A DNA stretch of 64,000 nucleotides. Origin: a bacterium. Its GTDB lineage: Bacteria > UBA8248. How positions within the stretch are numbered: position 1 is the first letter of the stretch; each line of letters starts with the position of its first letter. Below the pieces are notes generated by a model, which had not been told where the DNA came from, did not search any database, and saw only the letters and a program-made list of their open reading frames with translations. Of the stretch, positions 10,016 to 19,300 are shown one piece after another. The DNA is taken from assembly GCA_965261085.1 (NCBI GenBank), contig OZ253442.1, positions 1,056,001 through 1,120,000 of the forward strand. The letters are read 5' to 3'. The position numbers and the translations under genes are program-made.

Positions 10016-10261
10016 GGGGTTGTTGAAAAAGACCCCTTTTTAGAGAGTAGAGGGGACACCCCTTTCGACTGGTAAAAGCAACCCCCCTGTCCCCCCTTGT
10101 CAGGGGGGTAAAGGCGATGCCCCCCGACGAGGGGGTGGAAGAAAAGCCCCCCGACGAGGGGGTGGAAGAAAAGCCCCCCGACGAGGGGGTGGAAGAAAAG
10201 CCCCCCTGACAAGGGGGGACAGGGGGGTTGCTCCCTTGACAAAGGCTTTTTCAACAGCCCC
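10016..10261. mobile_element. MITE with IS1182-type ends
   Basis: TIRs GGGGTTGTTGAAAAAG / CTTTTTCAACAGCCCC; 5-bp direct repeat TCTTC on both sides; internal GC palindromes and 3 x 27-bp tandem at 10119-10199. Confidence 0.85.
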
Positions 10262-10634
10262 TCTTCACTCGGGTTTGACCCCTTACGGCCCTTGCGGGCG
10301 AGCTGCATCCGGCGAGAAGAGCATGTCCCGAACGCGGCAATCCCTCCCTTCCCGGGGCTGTTGAAAAAATCCCCCAAAAACAGGGAATGAATTTCTCAAT
10401 CGACATATGCTTATGAAATGACTCCCCCCTTGAGGGGGAGTCGGCAAGGTGAGGACGGAGTCCGAAGCCGCGCCGGTGGGGGGTGAATTCCGACTGGGGA
10501 AAGAGGGTTTTCGGTTTCCGACCGGGGGGAGTGCCCCCAAACAGATGATCATCCTCCTCAGACACCTCCGGCGCGGTTCATGAAAATCCCCTTGCAACTA
10601 GCGAGGGATTTTGTGGTAACTTTATTTTATTATC

Positions 10635-10854
10635 CGGCGTCCCACTGTCAGCGGATCGTTTCGGAACGCCCTGTCCACGGCGCAGTTGCGGCCCCACAGC
10701 AGAATTCATCCAAAATAACACGATAACAACACGTAATTATCGCAAACGCTCACACTAAGTTCACACATTTTGTGCTTAAATGGGTTCATGGTCATTTACA
10801 GTGCTCCGTAGAGCAACTACGGGGCGGTGCATGGGGAGTTTTCGGTGAGTGTGA
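10635..10854 (+). promoter_or_regulatory. Duplicated promoter/leader, copy 1, with JUMPstart/ops-like hairpin at 10799-10833
   Basis: Colinear with 15352-15569; contains CAGTGCTCCGTAGAGCAACTACGGGGCGGTGC. Confidence 0.65.
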
Positions 10855-10992
10855 GTGTTTGGGGGGATTTTCCGGATCCATCGATGAGGAGAAACGAGTT
10901 GAGCCGGGGCGCCCATTGCCCCGGTCGGTCGGACCGGCGCCCCCTCGGAGGCAGGTTTCATTGCGTTATTGACTTGAGAAAGGGGACAGACC

Positions 10993-13563
10993 ATGCCTGA
11001 CGACTATTTATCCACGACGCAGACCACCGGCGCGGTTGCGGTGGGCGGCTCGGCGACGGGCGATATCGAGACCTCGAATGACTTCGACTGGTTCGCGGTC
11101 GACCTGGTCGCCGGCCATACCTACGTCATCGGCCTGGAGGGAGCCGACAGCGGCGGTGGCGCCCTGCAGGACCCGGTACTGCGAGGCCTCTACGACGCCG
11201 ACGGCAACCGGATTGCGGGCGCCCGGGACAACGATGGCGGCGTCGGCAGGGACGCCCGGTTGACCTTCACCGCCGCCACCACCGGCGCCTACTATATCGA
11301 AGCTCGCGGCCATTTGAATCAGACGGGCGACTACACCGTGCGCGTGACGGAATGGGTGGATACGGACGCCGAGCGCGGCGGCGCCGCCGCGCTCGGCGAT
11401 ATCACGGCTCTCGCCGGGCCGCAGTTTCCGGCAGCATCACTCGACGGCTCCTCCGACTCGGTGGACTACTGGCGCTTCACGCTTTCGGAGGCCAGGAGGG
11501 TTGGACTGGGTTTGCGCCAACAGGATGCGAATGCCGACCTGTTTCTGGAGGACGCCGAAGGCAACGTCCTCTACAGCGGCACGGAGGAGGGGACGGCGAG
11601 CGAGTGGATTTCGCAGACGCTCCTGGCCGGCACGTATTTCGTGCGTGTGGAAGCGCAGGAAGAAGGCGCCAACGAATTCAAACTGCGTTATGGGGTAAGT
11701 GCGGCCAATCCCGCCGTGGTGGCCGCCTTGGAGCAGCAGCAGCAGGAGGGGACGGATGAGGCGCCGGCGTTCGCGGAGGGGAGCTATGCGTTCGACCTGG
11801 CGGAGAACACGGACGGCGGCGCGGTCCCCGTTTCGCTCGGCTTGGTACAGGCGACGGACCCTGAGGACGATACGATTACCTACAGCATCGAGGCGGGCGA
11901 CTCCGGTGGCCTGTTCGCCATCGACTCCGAGACGGGCGCCCTGTCGTACCAGGGCGCGGGCGAGGATTACGAGTCGGGGACGACGAGCTACGAGCTGACG
12001 GTGCGGGCGAGTGACGGCGGCCTGCACAGCGACGTCACCGTCACCGTCAACGTCACAGACGTAGAGGAATACGTCATTCTTGCGCAGCAGGGGAGGGATG
12101 AGGCGCCGGTGTTCGCGGAGGGGAGCTATGCGTTCTCACTCGCGGAGAACGCCGACGGCGGCGCGATCGGTGTAGCGTTGGGCGCGGTCTCTGCGGCGGA
12201 CCCGGAAAACTCGACGATTACCTACAGCATCGAGGCGGGCGATTCCGGTGGCCTGTTCGCCATCGACTCCGAGACGGGCGCCCTGTCGTACCAGGGCGCG
12301 GGCGAGGACTACGAGTCGGGGACGACCAGCTACGAGCTCACGGTGCGGGCGAGCGACGGCGGCCTGCACAGCGACGTGACCGTGACCGTCAACGTCACCG
12401 ACGTAGCCGATGTGGAGGAATACGTCAGTCTTCAGCAGGAGGCTAGTGTGTCCGAACCGGACGGCCAGGACCTTCCGGCAGGCGCCTCCACAACCGGCCG
12501 GGTTGCGGTGGACGGCTCGGCGAGGGGCGAGATCGAAGTCAGTGGCGACCGCGACTGGTTCGCGGTGACGCTCGAGGCGAACAGAACCTACCGGATCGAT
12601 CTGGAGGGCGCGTTGACCGGGGCCGGCACCCTGAGGGACCCGTACCTGCGCGGGGTCCACGACGCGGACGGCGCCCTGATCGACGGCACGACGGACGACG
12701 ACGGCGGCGAGGGCAGCAACAGCCGGGTGAAGTTCACGGCGGCGGAAGCCGGGACCTACTACGTGGCGGCCGGCGCTGATAATGATAACAGGGAAGGAAC
12801 CTACACGCTGTCGGTGACGGATGTTACGGACGGCGTCCCGGACGATTTTGCGGCCGGGACCGAGACGACCGGCGTGGTGGCGGTGGACGGCTCGGCGAGG
12901 GGCGAGATCGAGACCGAATACGACCGCGACTGGTTTGAGGTCGAACTCGTGGCGGGCCGGATCTACCGGATCGATCTGGAGGGTTCGGAGACGGGGGGCG
13001 GCACCCTGAGGGACCCGTACTTGTACGGTATCCACGACGCGGAAGGCAACCTCATCGCGGGCACGAGGAGCGACGGCGGCGGCGAGCTCTTCAACAGCCG
13101 GGTGTATTTCACGGTGAAGGATGCCGGGACCTACTACGTGGCGGCCGGCGCTTATGGAAACAGGGAAGGAACCTACACGCTGTCGGTGGCGGATGTGGAC
13201 GAATTCGAGGCGGGAACCGGGACGACCGGCGCGGTGGCGGTGGGCGGCTCGGCGAGGGGCAAGATCAACTTCCGTGGCGACCGCGACTGGTTCGCCGTCG
13301 AGCTCGATGCGGGCAGTACCTACCTGATCGACCTGGAGGGCTCGCCGACCGGGGGCGGCACCCTGAGGGACCCGTATCTGCTTGGGATCCACCGCGCGGA
13401 CGGCCGTCGCATCGCCGGCACGACGGACGACGACGGCGGCGCGGGCTACAACAGCCAAGTGGAATTCACGGCGGCGGCGGCCGGGACCTACTACGTGGCG
13501 GCCGGCGGTTATGCAACCCACCAAGGCACCTACACGCTGTCGGTGGTGGAAGAGGTCTTGTGA
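10993..13563 (+). CDS. Repeat surface protein with several PPC-like domains and two cadherin domains
   Basis: Four GxI..xDxDWF.V.L...GTYYV-type repeats plus one further PPC-like unit; two near-identical APxF...ENxDG...ATDPE...DYESG..YELTVRASDG cadherin repeats; AGGGG RBS. Confidence 0.85.
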   Translation: MPDDYLSTTQTTGAVAVGGSATGDIETSNDFDWFAVDLVAGHTYVIGLEGADSGGGALQDPVLRGLYDADGNRIAGARDNDGGVGRDARLTFTAATTGAYYIEARGHLNQTGDYTVRVTEWVDTDAERGGAAALGDITALAGPQFPAASLDGSSDSVDYWRFTLSEARRVGLGLRQQDANADLFLEDAEGNVLYSGTEEGTASEWISQTLLAGTYFVRVEAQEEGANEFKLRYGVSAANPAVVAALEQQQQEGTDEAPAFAEGSYAFDLAENTDGGAVPVSLGLVQATDPEDDTITYSIEAGDSGGLFAIDSETGALSYQGAGEDYESGTTSYELTVRASDGGLHSDVTVTVNVTDVEEYVILAQQGRDEAPVFAEGSYAFSLAENADGGAIGVALGAVSAADPENSTITYSIEAGDSGGLFAIDSETGALSYQGAGEDYESGTTSYELTVRASDGGLHSDVTVTVNVTDVADVEEYVSLQQEASVSEPDGQDLPAGASTTGRVAVDGSARGEIEVSGDRDWFAVTLEANRTYRIDLEGALTGAGTLRDPYLRGVHDADGALIDGTTDDDGGEGSNSRVKFTAAEAGTYYVAAGADNDNREGTYTLSVTDVTDGVPDDFAAGTETTGVVAVDGSARGEIETEYDRDWFEVELVAGRIYRIDLEGSETGGGTLRDPYLYGIHDAEGNLIAGTRSDGGGELFNSRVYFTVKDAGTYYVAAGAYGNREGTYTLSVADVDEFEAGTGTTGAVAVGGSARGKINFRGDRDWFAVELDAGSTYLIDLEGSPTGGGTLRDPYLLGIHRADGRRIAGTTDDDGGAGYNSQVEFTAAAAGTYYVAAGGYATHQGTYTLSVVEEVL

Positions 13564-13705
13564 GATGCGCGGCGGCGACAACGCTCCTCCCTCATCCCGA
13601 GTAGGCGCGCTCGCGCGCCGTATCGAGGGTTTGACCCGACCGAGCAGGGAGGGTCAACGGGGCGCATCGAAAGGGAGCGCCCTTCGATACAAACGCTCCT
13701 TTTTC

Positions 13706-15233
13706 GGGGTTGTTGAATAACCCGGTTTCGGGAGCGGGCGGTATGGAGGGTCACGCGGCGGCGGACAGGAAGCCCACGCAGCTTGCGAGGCCGCGATGGA
13801 CGCACAGAGGCTCTTCCCGGGCCGACCAGGCCCTCCAGAGGGCGAATAACCTTGCAGCAAGTGCGGCGGAGAGCCGCTTGAGGTTGATCGCCGCCGCCGT
13901 CAGGTAGGACTGTATCTTCATGTTCTCAAGACCGCGCCGCACCGCGCGCGCAAGCCCGTGCCAGGTCTTCGCCTCGCCGTGGTAGCCCTCCGAGCGCCAC
14001 ATATGACGCCGGTACATCCGCCGCTCCTCCTCCCTCCATCGCGCATGGCGCCGGCGCGCGCGCAACAGCGCCGGATACGCATGCGGAACCAACACCACCT
14101 TGCTCGACCACGCCTTCGGCAGGCAATCCTCGCGAAGCGCGCAGCCCGCGCAATCACGGGTCTTCGAACGATAATAACGCCCCCCCTTTGCGGGCCGACG
14201 GGGGCTCAGTATCTTGCCGCGCGGACACTTCACGATGTCGTGCCGCGCGTCGTAGCGGAACAGGCGCAACGGAACACGGCTCTGCGAGGGTTCCCTCTTC
14301 GCCGGAATGAGCGCGGCCACACCCCGGCGCTCCAGGGCCGCGTAGACCTTCGAGTAGGCGTAGCCAGAGTCCGCCGTCACCATCGCGGGCGCGCGCCCCG
14401 ATACCTCGCATACCGCTTCCACCTGCGATTCGAGCACCTCACGCTCGTTCACCGTACCCTCCGTCACCGATACGTCGAGCACCACCCCGCGCGTGTCGTC
14501 CACCACAGCGTGCTGCTTGTAGCTCGGCTCGAATCCCCCGCGCCCGCCTGATCTCGCAAGGCGCGCGTCCGGGTCCGTTCGGCTCACCTTCCCCGAACCC
14601 CCGCCCCGGCGGCCTCCTCCACCCTTCTTCCCGGCCTCCTCCTCCAAGGGGTTCTCCGCCATCACCTCGTCCACGTGACGCTCCACCAGACTCTCCCAAC
14701 TCACGTCCGCGCGGATCAATGAGGCGTCCACGTGCACGACTTCGGCCTTGGCCACCTTCGCATCCAGGCACGCACGGACCGTGCGGCGGAATATCTCCCG
14801 GAACCGGGCCTCCCCCCAGCGCTGCCGTATCCGCGTCAGGCTCGAATGATCCGGCAGCCGATCCTCCAGCCCGTAACCGATGAACCACCGGATCGCGATG
14901 TTCACCTGCGCCTCGCGCATCAACCGACGGTCGTGCACGAACCCCAGCAGAAGGCCCGCCAACATCAACCGAACCGCCACTTCGGGGTCGATCCCAGGAC
15001 GGCCGTTGTCCGCGCAATAACAATCCGCCACTTCCTCGCGCAGCCAACTCAGGTCCAGAACGCGGTTCACGCGGGCCAATATGTGATCCTCGGGAATCAA
15101 CCTCTCCAGCGAACCGGTGATGAACAAATCCATCTGGGCGCGGTTCTTGCGTCCCAACATCGCGGATATTCCCTTCTCGGGCGCGTAATATCCATACATC
15201 CAAGCATAGAGTCAGGGGTTTTTCAACAACCCC
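13706..15233 (-). mobile_element. IS1182-family insertion sequence, apparently intact
   Basis: TIR GGGGTTGTTGAA at both ends; TSD TTTTC at 13701-13705 and 15234-15238. Confidence 0.9.
13751..15160 (-). CDS. IS1182-family DDE transposase
   Basis: IPEDH, GRPGIDP, PDHSSL, VDAS, TDPDA, ADSGY, C-terminal Cys cluster, EGYHGEAK...GLAR. Confidence 0.92.
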   Translation of the reverse strand: MLGRKNRAQMDLFITGSLERLIPEDHILARVNRVLDLSWLREEVADCYCADNGRPGIDPEVAVRLMLAGLLLGFVHDRRLMREAQVNIAIRWFIGYGLEDRLPDHSSLTRIRQRWGEARFREIFRRTVRACLDAKVAKAEVVHVDASLIRADVSWESLVERHVDEVMAENPLEEEAGKKGGGGRRGGGSGKVSRTDPDARLARSGGRGGFEPSYKQHAVVDDTRGVVLDVSVTEGTVNEREVLESQVEAVCEVSGRAPAMVTADSGYAYSKVYAALERRGVAALIPAKREPSQSRVPLRLFRYDARHDIVKCPRGKILSPRRPAKGGRYYRSKTRDCAGCALREDCLPKAWSSKVVLVPHAYPALLRARRRHARWREEERRMYRRHMWRSEGYHGEAKTWHGLARAVRRGLENMKIQSYLTAAAINLKRLSAALAARLFALWRAWSAREEPLCVHRGLASCVGFLSAAA

Positions 15234-15351
15234 TTTTCAGTCGCGTTTGACCTTCGGCGGCTACTCAGGGTGAAGTCGATACAGTGGCCATGCAAGACGT
15301 GGGTATCGGGCTCGGCGCCGACGCGGTCATATTCCGGGAGAATGAGCCGGA

Positions 15352-15569
15352 CGGCGTTCCACTGGCAGCGGATCGTTTCGGAGCGCCCTGTCCACGGCGC
15401 GGTTGCGGCCCCACAGGGGGATTCATCCAAAATAACATGATAAAAACACGCAATTGTCGCAAACACTCACACTAAGTTCACGCATTTTGTGCTTTAATGG
15501 GTGTGATAATTTACAGTGCTCCGTAGAGCAACTATGGGGCGGTGCGCGGGGAGTTTTCGGTGCGGGTGA
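15352..15569 (+). promoter_or_regulatory. Duplicated promoter/leader, copy 2, with extended -10 (TGTGATAAT) and JUMPstart/ops-like hairpin at 15514-15548
   Basis: Colinear with 10635-10854. Confidence 0.65.
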
Positions 15570-15599
15570 AGAAAATCTCTTAAATACAGGGGAAACGAC

Positions 15600-16568
15600 A
15601 TGCCAAGCACAAGAAACGGCGGCGAGGGCAACGATAGGATCTCTGGCGGCTCGGGCGACGACTGGATCTCTGGCAACGAGGGCGACGACTTGCTCTTTGG
15701 CGGCGAGGGCGACGACACCATCTTTGGCGGCGAGGGCGGCGACACCATCTATAGCGACGAGGGCGACGACACCATCTATGGCGGCGCGGGCGACGACAAC
15801 CTAGCTGGCAAGGAGGGCAACGACTGGATCTCTGGCGGCGCGGGCAACGACTTGCTCTCCGGCGGCGCGGGCGACGACAAACTAAGTGGCGACGCGGGCG
15901 ACGACTTGCTCTATGGCGGTGAGGGCGACGACACCATCTATGGCGGTGAGGGCGACGACATCCTTGTTGCCGGTACGGGCGACGACAAACTAAGTGGCGG
16001 CACGGGCGACGACACTCTAAGAGGCAACGAGGGCGACGACACCATCTATGGCGGCGGGGGCGACGATATTCTAAGTGGCGGCTCGGGCGACGATACTCTA
16101 AGTGGCGGCTCGGGCGACGATATTCTAAGTGGCGGCGAGGGCGACGATACGCTCACGGGCGGCGCGGGCGACGACACGCTCGAGGGCGGCGAGGGCGACG
16201 ACACGCTCACGGGCGGCGCGGGAGACGACATGCTCGGCGGCGGTGCGGGCGACGACACGCTCACGGGCGGCGCGGGCGACGATACCGTCTACGGCGACGC
16301 GGGCGCGGACACCTTCGTGTTCACCCCCGACCACGGCGCGGACACGATCAAGGATTTCGCCGACGGGGAAGACATGATCGATCTCACGGCGATCACGGAC
16401 ATTTCCGGCTTCGAGGATCTGGCCATCACCGCCGATGGCGGCAATGCCGTGATCACCCACGGCGGCGGAACGATCACCCTGGAGAACTTCGACATGGCGG
16501 ATCTCGATGCCAGTGATTTCATCTTCCAGGAAACGACGGTGGACGACGGCGGGGTCGAAGGCATCTGA
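15600..16568 (+). CDS. RTX (hemolysin-type Ca-binding) repeat protein, likely T1SS substrate
   Basis: 26 consecutive GGxGxDxLx nonapeptides, then DTFVF...DTIKDF...IDL...DFIF C-terminus. Confidence 0.9.
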   Translation: MPSTRNGGEGNDRISGGSGDDWISGNEGDDLLFGGEGDDTIFGGEGGDTIYSDEGDDTIYGGAGDDNLAGKEGNDWISGGAGNDLLSGGAGDDKLSGDAGDDLLYGGEGDDTIYGGEGDDILVAGTGDDKLSGGTGDDTLRGNEGDDTIYGGGGDDILSGGSGDDTLSGGSGDDILSGGEGDDTLTGGAGDDTLEGGEGDDTLTGGAGDDMLGGGAGDDTLTGGAGDDTVYGDAGADTFVFTPDHGADTIKDFADGEDMIDLTAITDISGFEDLAITADGGNAVITHGGGTITLENFDMADLDASDFIFQETTVDDGGVEGI

Positions 16569-16579
16569 GGAACGCCGGA

Positions 16580-16800
16580 GCAGGGGTCGGTCCCTCCTCG
16601 GGGCCACCCTACAGACCTATGTGTTCGCCCGGTTTCATGACGCCCGCCACCGCACGGGAGAGCACACCGGTTCTCCCCTACCCAGAACCGCCCCTACCGT
16701 CTTGTCATTCCGCAGTAGATGTGTTTCTCATCCGCCTGGATTCCGGCGTCCGCTGGAATGGCGGCAGTCCTCGATTCAGGGACCGCAGGGGTAGCGGGCT
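16580..16800. repeat. Cluster of REP-like palindromes
   Basis: GTAG/CTAC-ended GC hairpins and a GTCATTCC...GGAATG-type palindrome in intergenic DNA. Confidence 0.5.
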
Positions 16801-16902
16801 CCCCTGAGAAAGGGAAGCCCTTCCGCCGCGCATCCGTGTGTCGTTGCTCTCTTTGTGGTATCAGGACGTAACTTCGGGTTGGCGCGAAACGAGGACGGGA
16901 AA

Positions 16903-17378
16903 ATGGAGAGGGAACACACCTACGCAGCGCTCATCACCTGGACGGGAAACCAGGGTGAGGGCACGACCACCTACAAGGCGTACACGCGCGACTACAAGGT
17001 CGCCTGCGCGGGCAAACCGCCTATCATGGGCTCGGCCGATCCCGCCTACCTGGGCGATGCGGGCCGCCACAACCCGGAAGATTTGCTGGTGGCCGCGCTC
17101 TCGGCCTGCACATGCTCTGGTACCTGCACCTGTGCGCGGCCGGCAAGGTCGTCGTCACGGCCTATGAGGATGCCGCCGAGGGCGTCATGCGTACTCATCC
17201 AGACGGCTCGGGTGAGTTCACGGGCGTGAGCCTTAAGCCCCGCGTGACGATCACCCCGGAGAGCGACCCCGAGACGGCGGAGCCTCTGCACGAGAAGGCC
17301 AACGCCATGTGCTTCATCGCGCGCTCGGTCAACTTCGCGGTGAGTCATCGGGCGGAGATTGTGAAGGGGCAGGCATAG
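16903..17378 (+). pseudogene. OsmC/Ohr-family protein with a 1-bp frameshift (or sequencing error)
   Basis: NPEDLLVAALSAC in one frame continues as MLWYLHLC...CFIARSV in another; TGC-AC-ATG at 17107-17114 lacks one C of the His codon. Confidence 0.85.
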
Positions 17379-17550
17379 AATAATGCTGCGACGCTTTGGC
17401 CCCTACGGGGTTCGTTTATTTCTCGCCCTTCACCAGACCGCTCCGAGCCATGCTAAAATAACGGGCGGATTTTCTCCCGCTTGCCGGAACAACCCCGCCC
17501 GAGGAGGAAGGGGTTGTCCCGATTGAGGAGGGAGGGATTGCGCTTTTCGC

Positions 17551-17636
17551 GGAGGGATGGCCGAGCGGCCGAAGGCGGTGGTCTTGAAAACCACTGAGCG
17601 AAAGCTCCGGGGGTTCGAATCCCTCTCCCTCCGCCA
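17551..17636 (+). tRNA. tRNA-Ser (anticodon TGA)
   Basis: GGAGGGA acceptor stem, anticodon loop CTTGAAA, long variable arm, GTTCGAATC, encoded CCA. Confidence 0.95.
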
Positions 17637-17669
17637 ATTTGATATGGGCGGGCCCGGTGGCCTGTCAAA

Positions 17670-17824
17670 TTTCTCGCAGCCGTTTAATACGGGCAGGGTT
17701 GGTGGACACACTAGTTTCTCGCAGCCGTTTCATACGGGCAGGGTCGGTGGACACACAAGTTTCTCGCAGCCGTTTCATACGGGCAGGGTCGGTGGACACA
17801 GCAGTTTTTCGCAGCCGTTTCATA
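17670..17824. repeat. 45-bp tandem repeat, about 3.5 copies
   Basis: Units start at 17670, 17715, 17760, 17805: TTTCTCGCAGCCGTTTCATACGGGCAGGGTCGGTGGACACA-nnnn. Confidence 0.95.
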
Positions 17825-17881
17825 TGAACATACCCGGCGGGTGATTGAATTTCTCTCCACACGGAATCAGGAGAAAAGAGA

Positions 17882-19300
17882 ATGGACGCAACCGGCATCT
17901 GCGATCTCACCATTGCGGATTTATCGAAAAGAATCGGCGGCGGAGAGTTGTCGCCCGTCGAGGTGACCGAAGCTCATCTGGCGCGCATCGACGCGCTCAA
18001 CCCGGTGGTGAACGCCTTTACGACCGTGGCGCATGAGCGCGCGCGCGCCGAGGCGAAGATGGCTGAAGAAGAAATCGCTGCTGGCGGAATCAGAGGGCCG
18101 CTCCACGGCGTGCCCATCGGGGTGAAGGACATCATCGATACGGCGGGCGTGCGCACCACGCAGGGGTCCAGCTTTTTCCGCAATAACGTGCCGGCGGAAG
18201 ACGCCGAATGCGTCCGGCGGCTCCGCGAGGCGGGCGCCGTCATGATCGGCAAGTGCAACACGGCGGAATTCGCCGCCGAATCGGCGACCAAAAACCCTCA
18301 CCACGGGGCGTGCCGCAATCCCTGGGACGTCACCCGCGTGCCGGCGGGCTCGAGCGGCGGCTCGGGCGCTGCGGTCGCCGCGCGGATGGCGCCCGGTGCG
18401 CTCGGAACCGACACCGGGGGGTCGGTGCGTGGCCCGGCGGCGATTTGCGGCGTGGTCGGGCTGAAGCCCACCTACGGGCGAATCAGCCTGCGCGGCGTCT
18501 ATCCGAATGCGACCAGCCTCGATCACGTAGGACCCTTGACGCGGACGGTGCGTGATTGCGCGTTGCTGTTTCAGGCGCTCGCCGGTTACGACCCGGACGA
18601 TCCGTTCTCCGCCGATATGGAAGCGCCCGATTTTTCCGCCGACCTGGAAAAGGGCGTCCACGGCATGCGTTTCATGATCTCCTCCGATTTGATCGACGTC
18701 GAAATCGACGCGCCGATCGCAGAGGCGTTCGAGGCGGCGCTCGTCGCGCTGAGCGGGCTGGGTGCTGAAATCGAGGAAGTCTCCTGCCCCTTCGCGGGGG
18801 AGATCAACCCCCACCGCCGGGTCATCGCGGACGCGGAATTCTACCGCGTTCACGGCGAGCGTTATCATGAGAATCCGGAAGGCTACGGGGTCCGCTTGCA
18901 GCAACGAATCGCAAACGCCGAGAAAACCACGCTGGCAATGTATATCGATGCGATCAATAGCCGCAAGGCGCTGACGCGCTCGATGCTCGACCTCATGGCC
19001 CCTTATGACGCCATGCTCTCGCCCGGCTATCCATGTCTCGCAGCACCCGTCGAAACGACCATGGCGAGCGTGAACGGAAAGGAGATAGATTTCATCGGTC
19101 TCGCGCGAAACCTGACGGGCGTGCAGAATTTTCTCGGCTTTCCCGGCCTGATGGCGCCCACGGGCTTGGATTCGGCGCATGGACTGCCGATGGCGATTCA
19201 GATTACGACCCGCCCCGGCGATGAGGCCCGCGGCTTCCGGGTGGGCCACGCCTTTGAGCAGGCGACCCCCGAATGGAGAACGAGAAAACCGGCCTTGTAG
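17882..19300 (+). CDS. Amidase signature family protein
   Basis: [23 protein letters not shown] (Lys-Ser-Ser triad). Confidence 0.93.
   Translation: MDATGICDLTIADLSKRIGGGELSPVEVTEAHLARIDALNPVVNAFTTVAHERARAEAKMAEEEIAAGGIRGPLHGVPIGVKDIIDTAGVRTTQGSSFFRNNVPAEDAECVRRLREAGAVMIGKCNTAEFAAESATKNPHHGACRNPWDVTRVPAGSSGGSGAAVAARMAPGALGTDTGGSVRGPAAICGVVGLKPTYGRISLRGVYPNATSLDHVGPLTRTVRDCALLFQALAGYDPDDPFSADMEAPDFSADLEKGVHGMRFMISSDLIDVEIDAPIAEAFEAALVALSGLGAEIEEVSCPFAGEINPHRRVIADAEFYRVHGERYHENPEGYGVRLQQRIANAEKTTLAMYIDAINSRKALTRSMLDLMAPYDAMLSPGYPCLAAPVETTMASVNGKEIDFIGLARNLTGVQNFLGFPGLMAPTGLDSAHGLPMAIQITTRPGDEARGFRVGHAFEQATPEWRTRKPAL

Noticed and set aside
10119-10199. CRISPR-like 27-bp repeats
   Set aside because: Contiguous identical units inside a MITE, no spacers
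9600-10600. ORFs of 73-131 aa in this gap
   Set aside because: They run through MITE and palindrome sequence, are low complexity and show no motifs
11750-12420. DGR template/variable repeat pair in the cadherin duplication
   Set aside because: Both copies are in-frame domains, differences are not adenine-specific, and no reverse transcriptase is present
12136-13581. Long antisense ORFs (this one, also 17921-19369, 20948-22294, 45043-46251 and others)
   Set aside because: Shadow frames opposite well-supported genes in high-GC DNA
17551-17636. tRNA-Sec (selC)
   Set aside because: Anticodon is TGA (reads UCA, Ser), not TCA; normal 7-bp acceptor stem
17670-17824. CRISPR array
   Set aside because: Variable part is only ~4 nt, so there are no spacers; no cas genes in the window
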